Shown: one piece after another, positions 52,191 to 64,000 of the stretch
Position numbering within the stretch: the first letter of the stretch is position 1
Layout: the number at the start of each line of letters is the position of its first letter
NCBI GenBank assembly: GCA_951406725.2
Contig: OX597817.1
Location: 103,602,001 to 103,666,000 of the forward strand
DNA length: 64,000 nucleotides
Reading direction: 5' to 3'
Source: Octopus vulgaris
Taxonomy: Eukaryota
Translations under genes and position numbers: made by a program
Notes under the pieces: model-generated
Seen by the model: only the letters and a program-made list of their open reading frames with translations
Database searches by the model: none
Told to the model about the DNA's origin: nothing

Positions 52191-53076
52191 CGCGCAATAG
52201 AAAGGACTATCTCGTACGCAACGAATGCGCAAACACACACACTCACAGACAGACATACACTCTCATATACAACCTGTGACGTCGTTGTCGTCGTATTATA
52301 AAAATGTATGTCACTATAGTTGACTATAGAAAGATTATTTTCGAGAAATGTTATATTGTTTCAATCCAAATGAAAACAAAAATTACATGTTGACATTCTC
52401 GTAGTTGTAAAATTTGATTTGGTGGAGCCGTTTGAGAATGCATGAGACAGACACAAACACAGGGACAAAGAATTTTATACATATAGTTATTCCCTTTACG
52501 TTCTGACTTAATCTCACCTTTTCTAAAATTTACTTCCGTGATGTATAAAGCAAAGTACTAGTACTTTAAATCTTTAAAGCCCCTGCACAAAATTTTGTGA
52601 ACTTGTGCCTATTTAACTTAGCAACTATTAATTAGTCAGTCAGTGCTTAAATTTGAATTTTTAAAATGCGCGATGCGTCACAATATGATAAGTAAAATAT
52701 GGGTGACTGATTGTGGGGATTAATTTTGGATCAGTATATTTTTATTTTACATAGTTTTTCTAGTGAAAGCTGAACATTTGCTAAAACACAGATATTTGTT
52801 GCCTTAAATTCCATCCAAAACAATAACAAGTTTGGTGATTGTGTATGTATCGTTTCGTTAAAGTAAATGAAAGTAATTCTTTGTTTTGATGATAGTATAA
52901 AAGAGAAATTAATCTAATATGTATGTTACCTAAAAGCATATTGTTTACATTGGTTTATGCGCGCAAAAACGATATCACTTCTTCATGCTGCCCGCTAGAC
53001 CGGAAAAAAATAGGAAAACTGTTTTCCAAATTAAATACGTTGAAGCATTTTGTCTAACTATTATTTTGAAACTGGA

Positions 53077-54628
53077 ATTCCTACATACGTGTGTAGCGCC
53101 CCCCCCCCGATTTTGTTTCCTCATAACTTCCAGAAAAATGGATATTTCGTAATGAAATTTTCAACAAATACGCTTCAGATGGTGTAGATTCCGATTATAT
53201 CGGAATTTGTCGTGAGAAGATTTTCTGGGGGTGGGAAGAGAAGATTTGGAAAATTCACGCAAGTTGGCTTTGTTTCCTCATAACTTTCAGAAAAATGGAT
53301 TCTTTAATGAAATTTTCTACAAATACTTTTCGGGGTGTGTAAATTACGATTATATCGTAATTTGGGTGATGCTTTATGGTCTTAATCTTGTCATTTTTTC
53401 CAGTTGATTGTTCGGCAATTTCCGTAAAGAATTTAGTTTCACTTTTATATCCTGTTGAAGTCGGCGAGGGAGGCGAAAGGTGACACGCGCTACCACATAC
53501 ACATACACTTTTGCACAATGTATGTATGTATGTATGCACGTATGTACGTATGTATGTATGTAGAAGATAATGTGTGTGTGTGTTTGCGTGTGCGTGCGAG
53601 CGTGTTCAGCTTTATATATTTGTATTTACTCACACACTCACATCATTGACATGAAAGTCAATGTGTGTGTGTGCGTGCGCGCTAGTGCGTATTTCACTCT
53701 TCACTCCACCCCACACGACTTCTAAGCAAATGTTGCCTTTAACAGGACATGAAAATAAAGGTAAATAAATAAAAATTCTTTACGACTGAAATTGCCGAAG
53801 ATTTAGACCATCAACGAAACATTGCCGGAATTTGATGTGTAAAAGAAAAATAGTGAGCACGTACACACACACACTGACACATGGCATTTTATTTTTTTGT
53901 TCAAAATTTCAAGTTTCATTTTGTAGATATATGTGACGTGTGTCAGTATGTATGTGTATGAGCCCACCATTTTTTTTTTTTTTTTCAAATTTAATTCCGA
54001 TATAATTCAGAAAATTAGAAAATTTTATTTAAAAATTGCCCATATTCCTGAAAGTTATGAGAAAAGAAAGTCGGCTTGTGTAAAGTTTTCAAAACTCCTC
54101 ACCACATCATGTCGATACCCAGGTCCCTCACTGACTTAGGCTCTGGGATTGAAATTCCCTGTGGACCGGTGTACCCTGTAGATTTAATATTCAGGTTTGG
54201 ATGCTGGTAGCACAGAGCCTGGAATTTTTCAGCATTAAACTGCATATTATTATCCTCAGCCCATCTGTAATCATAAAATTTTCTTTTAATCACAACTACA
54301 TCTTTACTTTTAACCAAAATTTCAAGTTTCATTTTGTAGATATATGTGACATGTGTCAGTATTTTTTTTTTTTTTCAAATTTAATTCCGATATAATGGTA
54401 ATCTACACATTCTGAAAATTAGAAAATTTCATTTAAAAATTGCCCATATTTCTAAAAGTTACGAGTAAAGAAAGCCATCTTGTGTAAAGTTTTCAGAAAT
54501 TTTTCAGTATTCAGAATCTACACCATCTGGAGTATATTTGTAGAAAATTTCATTTAAAATTATCCATTTTCTGGAAGTTATGAGGCAACAAAGTTGGTTT
54601 GAGGCAGGGGACATACATGTGTAGGAAT
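53077..54628. mobile_element. Foldback/TIR element with long subterminal repeats
   Basis: 53077-53195 is the reverse complement of 54510-54628 (cctcataacttccagaaaaatggata...cagatggtgtagatt). Confidence 0.7.
54098..54268 (-). mobile_element. CR1-like RT C-terminal fragment
   Basis: Reads YRWAEDNNMQFNAEKFQALCY...SVRDLGIDM. Confidence 0.85.
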
Positions 54629-55419
54629 GCTTTGGAATCTTCTACACATGTAAGTGAAAAATGGTTTGCTGACTGAGTTTTTCCAAGAATTTCATTTTTT
54701 TCTTCAAAATAAGAAAAACTTTTTACCATGCATAATGAACTTAAGCTGTTTGAGCCAATGAAAGATTTTTCAAGTGATCACAACAGCCAGATTTCTCTGG
54801 AATCACATTCAATGAAAGAATATATTTGATAATGTAGTTCTAGATATTATTAAAAGAGACAGGATTGTCACGGTTAAAATTTCTTTGTTCAAACCATCCT
54901 GGATTAAGCAGTTACAGCTTAAGCCTTTTCACAAATGAATGAGGAAACCTCATTGTAGTTGCTCCAAATTCTAGAAATAACAGCCATCTCTCTTGCAAAT
55001 CACACTTTCCTATTTTTAAAACAGTACATTAGATAAAGTAATCCTAGATACACTGTTACCTATGATCAAGGTTGAAATGGAGTTACAGCTACAAAATATA
55101 GCTGCCATTTCTCTATCAGATCACACCCTACCATTTTAAAAAAACAGAACATGATAGTATCTATTTTTCATGGCCCCTGAAATTATGCTTAAAAAAGCAT
55201 GATCTGAAACAATTTTTCAACATTTTGGTACAAGCCATAAGGTGTTTTGTGTCAAGGTGTAATGCAAAATGGCAGTTGTACAACAAAAAGCTAACAGTTA
55301 CATTAAATGCTTGGTTTGCTATATAGTTAAGAAGTTCACTTAACATGAACATGGAACTAGGTTTGATTGTACTGCATGCTACCACAAACAACTATCTTCT
55401 CTACTGGTCTCAGAGTGAT

Positions 55420-56793
55420 CCATCATCATCATCATCATCGTTTAACGTCCGTTTTCCATGCTAGCATGGGTTGGACGGTCTGACCAGGGTCTGGGAAGCC
55501 AAGAGGCTGCACCAGGCTGCAGTCTGATCTAGCAGTGTTTCTACAGCTGGATGCCCTTCCTAACGCCAACCACTCCATAAGTGTAGTGGGTGCTTTTTAC
55601 ATGCCACCGGCACAGGTGCCAGGTGTGGCTGGCAGACGGCCACGATCGGTTGGTGCTTTTTATGCACGGAAGCCAGTCAAGGCGGCGCTGGCATCAGCCA
55701 TGTTCGGATGGTGCTTTTTACGTGCCACCGGCACAGGTATCACAACTACAATTTCCATTTGATTTTTTGATGGTGATGTACTTGACTCAATAGGTCTCCT
55801 TAAGCACAGTGTGTGTATATATATATATCATCATCATCATCATCATCCTTTAACATCCGCTTTCCATGCTTACTTGGGTTGGATGATTTGAGTGAAGACT
55901 GGCGAACCAGATGGCTGCACCAGGATCCAATCTGATCTGGCAGAGCTTCCACAGCTGGATGCCCTTCCTAACACCAACCACTCCAAGAGTGCAGTGGGTG
56001 CTTTTATGTGCCACCTGCACGAGGGCTAGTCTGGTGGTACTGGCTATGGCCACGCTCAAAATGGTGTTTCTTTACTTGCCACCTGCACAGGAGTCAGTCC
56101 AGCGGCACTGGCAATGACCTCGCTCGAATGTTTTGTTTATGCACCAGTAAGGTGACACAAGTAACGATCATGCTCAAATGGTGCTTTTTATGTGCCCACT
56201 GGCATGGAAGCCAGACAGCTGCTCTGGCAGTGATGTCGCTCAGATGGAGCTGTTAGCGCTCCACTGGCATGGGTGCCGGTCATCGAATTTGGTTCAGTTT
56301 CAATTTCACTTGCCCTAACAGGTCTTCGCAAGCAGAGTTTAGTGTCCAATGAAGGGAGGTTGGCATGGGTGCCAGTCGTCGGATTTGGTTCGATTTCGAA
56401 TTCAATTTCAATTTCACTTGCCTCAACAGGTCTTCACAAGCAGAGTTTTGTGTCCAAAGAAAGAAAGGTATACATAAGTGGGCTGGCTATATCCCTGGTA
56501 AAGGCCACGGCTTATGGTCTTACTTGTCCTGCCAGGTCTTCTCACGCACAGCATATTTCCAAAGGTCTCGGTCACTAGTCATTGCCTCGGTGAAGCCTAA
56601 TGTTCAAAGGTCGTGCTTCCTGGGTCCACCTCTTCCACAGGTTCCCTTAACCGCTAGGGTGTGGCACTTTTTCACACACCCATCTTCATCCATTCTCGCT
56701 ACATGACCATACCAGCGCAATCGTCTCTCTTGCACACCACAACTGATGCTTCTTAGATGCAACTTTTCTCTCAAGGTACTTACACTCTGTCAG
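55420..56793 (-). mobile_element. Two tandem RTE LINE 3' ends (55420-55810 and 55827-56793)
   Basis: (ATG)n tails, gttaggaagggcatccagctg 3' motif, and RT C-terminus VQERRLRWYGHVARMDE. Confidence 0.88.
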
Positions 56794-57393
56794 TATTATT
56801 AGTGCTTTTGTTTGTTTCTCGAACTTGTCAAATAAAATTTTGTGAATGTACAAACAGCTTGTTCATTTATATAAAACATTCTTTTTGGGAGGTTTTGTTT
56901 AGATGAAGAGAATGTTGTTTTTTGGGGTGAGGTTCCATTGACAATGGAGGGAGGGAGAGAGGTAGGTAGGTAGGTAGGTAGACAGATAGATAGATAGGTA
57001 GAGAGAGAGAGAGAGAGAGAGAGAAGGGGGATCCCCCTTCCTATTCACCATTCATTTATTTATTTACTCATTTACCATTGTATTGGAATGGGTTTAAGGA
57101 TGGTGACCTCTTGAAAAAAACTCTCTCTACCTAGCTATCTGTCTGTCTGTATGTCAGTCTGTCTATCTATTATCTATCTATCTATCAATCAATGAATCAG
57201 TCAACCTATCTACCTACATACATTTTTATCTATCCCTCTCTATTATCAATGGAACCTCACCCCAGAAAAACAACGTTCTTTTCTTCTAAACAAAACCTCC
57301 CCAAAAAATGTTTTATATAAATGAACAAGGTGTTTGTACATTCACAAAATTTTATTCCACAAGTTCAAGAAACAAACGAAAGTGCTAATAATA
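56794..57393. mobile_element. Foldback MITE, essentially one 600-bp palindrome
   Basis: aataaaattttgtgaatgtacaaaca..ttgttcatttatataaaacatt..ggggtgaggttccattga and its reverse complement at 57247-57393. Confidence 0.88.
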
Positions 57394-57432
57394 ATGAAGA
57401 AATAAAAAGATTTTTTCCCAAAATTCTGACGA

Positions 57433-57492
<60 letters not shown>

Positions 57493-57493
57493 A

Positions 57494-57980
57494 CCATTCT
57501 TTCTTCTGATTCATATTACTGTAAAGATACCACTTTTCATCACTGGTGATGATGCAGTAAAAAAATCACTGTATCTACAAGCAGCCTGGTGTTGGAAGAG
57601 CAAATTGTAATGATAGAGGTGTGTTAGCCTTTGTCTCTTTCATTCAGAGTATGTGGCCTCCATGCTCCAAATTTGTGAAGCTTATCCATTTAGTGAAAGT
57701 GACAGTTAGTGGTATCATGAGAACCATTTTCTAGTGGATTGGCATGGATGTTCATGGATGAGCCCATTCAAATGATACTGATTGAAATGCATAAGCTGGT
57801 TGGAAGTTGGAGTGTCTTTGAGGTCAAATTTCCCCTTGAAGTGTGAAAACCATATCTGTGTGGTTCTTTCAATAATAGTATCTTCTCCATGTCAAGTGGC
57901 TTTGGCAGTTTTGGAACCCTGTAAGAAAAACAAAGAGAAGCAGATGTCAAAAATGCTCATCTTTTTCTACTTGACCCTTT
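57494..57980 (-). mobile_element. Mariner transposase relic
   Basis: Reads GKFDLKD, KFGAWRPHTLNE, IITSDEKWYLYSN...KEW. Confidence 0.82.
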
Positions 57981-58089
57981 ATCATCATACACCTGAAAAG
58001 AGATAAAATTTAAGCAAATTTCAAAAATGATATACAGAAGCTGTTGCAGAAGAACAGAGCTATCAAAAATAGAAAACCCTGTGTTAATG

Positions 58090-58325
58090 CGCCCATACTG
58101 GTGCTGTGTAAACACACCAGTCCTGGTGGCACATAAGAAGCACCCACTACACACTGTTCAGTGGTTGGCACTAGGAAGGGCATCCAACTGCAGAAATCAT
58201 GTCACAATAAATAGTTGGAGTCTGGACAGCTCTCTGCTAGCCAGTTCCATGTCAAGCTGTCCAACCCATGCCACAATGGAAAGCGGACATTAAACGACAA
58301 TGAAGATGATGATGATGATGATGAT
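58090..58325 (+). mobile_element. RTE 3'-end fragment or RTE-tailed SINE, tail-to-tail with the next copy
   Basis: ggtggcacataagaagcacccactacac...aggaagggcatcca...ggaaagcggacattaaacga then (GAT)n. Confidence 0.8.
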
Positions 58326-58351
58326 ATGTATATATATATATATATATATAT

Positions 58352-59588
58352 ATCATCATCATCATTTAACGTCCGCTTTCCATGCTAGCATGGGTTGGAC
58401 AATTTTGACTGAGGGCTGGCAAACCAGATGGGTGCACCAGGCTCCAATCTTGATCTGGTGGAGTTTCTACAGCTGGATGCCCTTCCTAATGCCAACCACT
58501 CCGAGAGTGTAGTGGGTGCTTTTATGTGCCACCGGCATGGGGCCAGTCAAATGGTTCTGGCAACTAGCTCGCTCAAATCTTTTTACACATGTCACGGGCA
58601 CAGGTGCCAGTAAGGTGATGCTGGTAACGATCACGCTTAAATGGTGCCTTTTACGTCCCACCGGCACGGAAGCCAGTTAGCCGCTCTGGCAATGATCATG
58701 CTTGGATGGTGCTCTTAGCACCCTACTAGCACGGGCACAAGTGCCAGTAAGGTAACGCTGGTAATGATCGCACTCGAATGATGCCTTTTATGTGTCACTG
58801 GCATGGAAGCCGGTTAGCCGCTCTGTCAACGATCACACTTGTATTGTGCTCTTTGCACCCTGCTAGCACAGATGCCAGTCATCGAATTTGAGTTTGATTT
58901 CACTTGCCTCAAGCAGAGTTTAGTGTCCAAAGTTTAGTGTCCAAAGAAGGAAAAGGTACGCATAAACGGGCTGGTTATGCCCCTGGCATAGGCCACGAGG
59001 TTATGGTCTCATTTGGCTTGTTGGGTCCTCTCAAGCACAGCATATTTCCAAGAGTCTCGGTCACTAGTCATTTCCTTGGTGAGGCCTAAAGTTCGAAGGT
59101 CGTGCTTCACCACTTCATCCCAGGTCTTCCTGGGTCTACCTCTTCCATAGGTTCCCTCAATTGCTATGGTGTGGCAATTTTTCACACAGCTATCCTCATC
59201 CATTCTCAACACATGACCATACCAGCACAGTCGTCTCTCTTGCACACCACAGCTGATGCTTCTTAGGTCCAGCTTTTCTCTCAAGGTACTTACACTTTGT
59301 CGAGTATGCACACTGACATTACACATCCATCGGAGCATACTGGCTTCATTCCTTGCGAGCTTATGCATGTCCTCAGCAGTCACAGCCCATGTTTCACTAC
59401 CATGTAGCATGGCTGTTCATACACATGCATCATACAGTCTACCTTTTACTCTGAGTGAGAGGCCCTTTGTCACCAGCAGAGGTAAGACCTCTCTGAACTT
59501 TGCCTAGGCTATTCTTATTCTAGCAGCTACACTTTTAGCGCACCCACCCCCACTACTGACTTGGTCACCTAGGTAACGGAAGCTATCA

Positions 59589-59592
<4 letters not shown>
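58352..59592 (-). mobile_element. RTE LINE, 5'-truncated
   Basis: Reads FRYLGD, MLHGSETWA, WYGHVLRMDE...RGRPRKTW. Structured 3' UTR and (ATG)n tail. Confidence 0.93.
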
Positions 59593-59627
<35 letters not shown>

Positions 59628-61054
59628 CCTTTTACTTGTTTTAGTCGTTGGACTGCAGCTATGCTGAGGCACTGCTTTGAAGGATTTTAGTTGAATGAAT
59701 CGACCTCAGATAGGGGTGGTGTTGTGTAAAAGGTATAGAACTTATATGAACTATGTATTTGTTCCCCCAGCACTGCTTGACAACCAGTGTTGATGTGTTT
59801 ACATTCCCGTGACTTAACAAAAGAGACCAACTACTTAAAAAATAAGTCCTGGGGTTGATTTGGTGCAGATAAAAGAATAAAAGATCACTCCTCAGTGTTT
59901 TAGATAGGATTAAAGTAGTTAGTAATTTGGAAAACTATAATTTCAATAAATAGATACCTATGTGTGTTTGCAAGTGTTTGTGTTACTATAGGTACTAATA
60001 TAGTGTGAGATGCAATCTTTCAATGTGAACATTTGTGTTTGTTTATGTAAATTTTCTTCAGACACAATAAGTATCTACCTATCTTTCTATCTATTGACCT
60101 ACCTAACACATTCACTCACTATCTAAATCAGTGTTTCTTTTTGTTTTTTTTAATCTATAGACCCCTGTAAATACTATTTTATTTTTGTGGACCTCCATAG
60201 CCATTCAGTGTTTAGAAACAAGTTTTATAGGTACTTCTTTCAAAATTTCCATTTTCACATCTTCACTCGTATAAGTTTGCCATAGCACTCTTTGAGAGAA
60301 CATGTTTCTGTGGCCAGAAACATGTTAAACTATGTAAAACATTAGAGAAAGAAACCTGGCTGTTTCTTGCAATAAATATATCTAAAGCAAACCCTTCAAA
60401 TGCCATTGTGGATTCCCAATTTACTACTATGCTTACATGAACCCCCAGAAGTCCTATGTGGGCCACAGGGAGTCATGAGGATGCCACATGAGGACAACTG
60501 GTCTAAACCAAATTTTACAACCACCAAAATTATCAGTGCTAATACAACAACCATCATCAACAAAAACAAATACAACAACCAATGTGGACAACATCCCCAC
60601 CACTGCCACCCTTTTGCATTCAGATTGCTCTGTGAGATGTGATGCTTACTTATTCACATGGCTTCGAATTAATCAGACATTATCTCATACTTTGAGGTTT
60701 CGGTGACATGATTGTTTATTTTTAGAATGACATTGTAAGGTAGGTATGAGAGGTTGGGTCTGGTCAGTTTGATCATAAAACAGGTAGAATATTCAAACCT
60801 GATATGGCTAGTTGAATATTCTAAAGGGCTAATGGCCAATAATACTCACCATCATGTCACAGACATTATCATCACCAAAACCAATACCATAGGCTACCAA
60901 TGATAGCCTTAATGTACAAATAAAGAATCTTTATCCAGTAATGCAGCACTGAGCACTCATTCTCACTGTTTGACAGTTATGTATATAAACATACATATAT
61001 ATATATATACACATACACAGACGTGTGCATGCACACATTCTTTTCTTCTAGTCT

Positions 61055-61582
61055 TTGACATGTTTCAGTCATTTGACTGCAGCCATGCTGGAGCATCGCC
61101 TTAAAAAGTTTTAGTCTAATAAATTGACCCCAGGACTTATTCTTTGTGAGCCTAGTACTTACTCTGTTGGTCCCTTTTGCCAAACCACTAAGTTACGAAG
61201 ATGAAAATGCTCCAACATTGGTCGTCAAGCGATGGTGGGGAGCAGTGGAGACAAGTACAGACACAAAGATACACACACATAAATATATATATGTCTGTCT
61301 ACCAAATTCACTCACAAGGCTTTGGTCGGCCGAAGACTATAGGAGACACTTGCCCAAAGTTCCACACAATGAGACTGAATCTGGAACCATGCGGTTGGGA
61401 AGCAAGCTTCTTACCACACAGCCACACCTTACACACACATATACTTGATGGGAGTCTTTGAATTTCCATCTACCAAATCCACTCACAAGGCTTTGATTGG
61501 CCCAGGTGCTGTGCAGTGGGATTGAACCTGGAACTAAGATGTTGTTGGGAAGCAAACTTCTTACTACGCAGCCATGCCTGTA
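61055..61582 (-). mobile_element. Tandem tRNA-derived CORE-like SINEs (another degraded copy at 59625-59870)
   Basis: Two heads (ending ~61425 and ~61580) plus the family tail. Confidence 0.82.
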
Positions 61583-61589
61583 TGGGGAT

Positions 61590-62383
61590 ATCATCATCAT
61601 CATCATCATCATCATCATCGTTTAATGTCCGCTTTCCATGCTAGCATGGGTTGGACGGTTCAACTGGGGTCTGGCAAGCCCGAAGGCTGCACCAGGCCAG
61701 TCAGATCTGGCAGTGTTTCTACAGCTGGATGCCCTTCCTAACGCCAACCACTCCGAGAGTGTAGTGGGTGATTTTATGTGCCACCGACACAGGTGCCAGA
61801 CGAGACTGGCAGACGGCCACGCTCGGATGGTGTTTTTTATGTGCCACCGACACAGGTGCCAGACGAGGCTGGCAGACGGCCACGCTCGGATGGTGTTTTT
61901 ATGTGCCACTGACACAGGTGCCAGACGAGGCTGGCAGACAGCCATGCTCGGATGGTGTTTTTTATGTGCCACCGACACAGGTGCCAGACGAGGCTGGCGA
62001 ACGGCCACGATCGGATGGTGTTTGTTACGTGCCCAGAGCACGGAAGCCAGTCGATGCGGTACTGGCTACGGCCACGTTCAGATGGTTTTCTTATGTGCCA
62101 CCGGCACTGGTACCACAAGGATACAAATTCCATTGATGTTCATCTATTTTGATTTGGTTTGATTTGATTTGATTTTCACTTGCCTCAACAGGTCTTCACA
62201 AGTGTCACAAGAAGGAAGGTATGCACAGGTGGACTGACTACATCCCAGGTAGCGGCCACAGGTTATGGCTTCACTAGTCTTGCCGGGTCTTCTCACGCAC
62301 AGCATACTTCCATAGGTCTCGGTCTCCAGTCATTTCCATGGTGAGACCTAATGTTCAAAGGTCGTGCTTCACCACCTCGTCCC
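61590..62383 (-). mobile_element. RTE LINE 3' end with an expanded ~62-bp tandem array (61765-62110)
   Basis: Six tgtgccaccg(a/g)cac-type units, (ATG)n tail, and ORF end DEVVKHDL. Confidence 0.9.
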
Positions 62384-62384
62384 G

Positions 62385-62753
62385 AGGTTGTGTGCTGTCT
62401 GTCTCCTACGATTTAGATTCCTAACTACTCCCACATTTTGCGGTGCAGTTTAACCAAAACCGGGTATCTTATAGTCGTGATTCATATCGAGCCCTTCTGA
62501 GTATTAGCATGAGTCTACGATTTTAAAAAGAAATTACCATCAATTTTTCCCATTTTTAATGCATTTTTGGCATATATAAGGGAAGTAACTCTCTAAAAAT
62601 TTATTATTAAATCTCAGAACGTAAAAAGCTATAGTAACCCCCCCCCTTTTTGTGGTTAGCCATATTGAGATGGCTATTATACTTTACATCTCTAAAAATG
62701 CTTATATAGTTATTTCCCTTACAAACCCGAGCAATGCCGGGCGATACTGCTAG
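62385..62753 (+). mobile_element. Non-autonomous Helitron 3' part
   Basis: Hairpin cccg-agcaatgc-cggg at 62726-62741, then CTAG|T at 62750-62754. Confidence 0.72.
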
Positions 62754-62949
62754 TATATATATATATATATATAAATCAAAGGTAAAAAACATAACAAGCA
62801 GGAAAAGGACGATAGCACAACAGCAGCAAACAGGACAAAACAAGATACAGAGATCATTCGCAGCCAATTACTTCTTCAATCAATGTCTGGAATGTCCACA
62901 TAGTTTTCGTCCTTCTTGGAATCTGAGCTGGAAGGACAAACAAGGAGAC

Positions 62950-63370
62950 TTTAGACTTCCTCAAAGTTAGCAGAAGGATGGTTCAAAAGGACAGAAAGGA
63001 GCTGGAAGATTCACTATCAGAATGCTGGAATTCATCCAGGAGACCATCAAAAGTGTTCCCAGCAAGTCAGTGTATGCCATTGCATGAGAGGTTTAGAGGA
63101 AAAGCTCACCAGGCTGCTGGTGCATGAGGACATTCATTACTACTCGTACAAAACGAGGATGGAACAATTTATGTCCAAGGCTATGCAGGAAAAGCAACTC
63201 AAGCAGACCAAGAATCTGATCAGTAAGTTGAAACCCCCGCTAGAGCCAGACACCCTATAGTGGTTCTCTAACAAGAGTTTCTGTCAAGACTGGTAGATCA
63301 ACTCCCAGAAAAAACAGGTGGCTTGCTGTCTCACCCAAGCATATGCTAAAGTCATGCAGATGAAATTTCC
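62950..63370 (+). mobile_element. Tc1/mariner maT (DD37D-like) transposase relic
   Basis: Reads LVHEDIHYYSYKTRMEQFMSKAMQEKQL...LISKLK...WFSNKSF. Contains stops. Confidence 0.7.
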
Positions 63371-63498
63371 ATGGCTTAGACATGATGATGATGATGATAA
63401 TGATGATGGGATCAAACCTGGAACAATGTGGTCAGAAAACAAACTTCCTAATCACACAGTTATAATGATGATGATGATGATAATACATATACTTACAG

Positions 63499-63566
63499 AT
63501 GTCTATCATATATTGCATATATTACTTCAGGCCACTTTATCTGGAGGCAATCATCAGACAAGAATG
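63499..63566 (+). CDS. Candidate internal exon of a CS (p23/CacyBP-like) domain protein
   Basis: cttacAG|...aatg|GTttgt. Reads CLSYIAYITSGHFIWRQSSDKN and ends in phase 1, compatible with the next exon. Confidence 0.5.
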
Positions 63567-63852
63567 GTTTGTGGTTAAAGCTCCAATACATTTCTATGAT
63601 ACACCAATCACTAATCAACCTTCTCTGAGGATTACCTCTAAATATGAAACTTAGAGGAATGCCATGTAAATAATAAAGGGGACCCGAGCTAATATTCATT
63701 ATGAATTTACTCTATTTCATGTTCTGGATGTTTTTCAGTTTGTCAAAATAAATCATTATGTTGGATATACTTGCCAATACAACCCCTGTAGTTATATTTT
63801 TATCTATTTTATATTTTCATGACAATTATAATTTTTTTCTTCTTCTTTTCAG

Positions 63853-63976
63853 TAACTGATGAAAATCATAGACCAGGCTTTGTACAGGTTATATTAGATA
63901 TACCTAATCTGGAACCAATCAAGAAAAAACATCCAAATGCTAAAAATGCCAATGTAATTTATGAATTCCATAAAAG
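63853..63976 (+). CDS. Candidate internal exon of a CS (p23/CacyBP-like) domain protein
   Basis: Strong acceptor tttttttcttcttcttttcAG. Open frame VTDENHRPGFVQVILDIPNLEPIKKKHPNAKNANVIYEFHK, donor aag|GTtgtc. Confidence 0.6.
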
Positions 63977-64000
63977 GTTGTCTTTTAAATTTCCATATTC

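Noticed and set aside
55164-55201. FMAPEIMLKK resembling a kinase APE motif
   Set aside because: Stops lie immediately before and after, there are no other kinase motifs and no convincing splice sites.
57768-57950. Apparent minus-strand splice acceptor and exon at 57919
   Set aside because: It lies within a mariner transposase relic.
61765-62110. CRISPR-like repeat array
   Set aside because: Eukaryotic context, inside an RTE 3' UTR, with near-identical inter-repeat segments and no cas genes. Reported instead as a structured tandem array.
63497-63637. Minus-strand 141-nt symmetric exon candidate (GNPQRRLISDW...) with GTAAGT donor
   Set aside because: It overlaps the better-supported + strand exon and matches no recognised family. 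Not fully excluded.

Overview
Eukaryotic, AT-rich, repeat-saturated genomic DNA. The SINE, LINE and microsatellite content looks like an octopus (coleoid cephalopod) genome, which is an inference. Almost every supplied ORF is a microsatellite artefact or a transposon relic. Recognisable content: four R4/Dong-like RLE LINE fragments, each abutting (AAT)n; several RTE LINE pieces; a CR1-like fragment; at least five Penelope-like (RT/GIY-YIG) relics; about 15 hammerhead-ribozyme motifs from several families; mariner, DD41D, DD37D and hAT transposase relics; Helitron relics; foldback/MITE elements; many tRNA-derived CORE-like SINEs; and an LTR relic with two tRNA-Trp primer sites. The only credible host coding sequence is a pair of + strand exons at the right end that splice into a CS/p23-like domain. 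The most interesting signals are (i) non-autonomous hammerhead elements in palindromic arrangements next to (TA)n, and (ii) a variable-copy array of putative pseudoknot-plus-hairpin modules in RTE 3' UTRs. All calls were made by eye and boundaries are approximate unless junction sequences are quoted.
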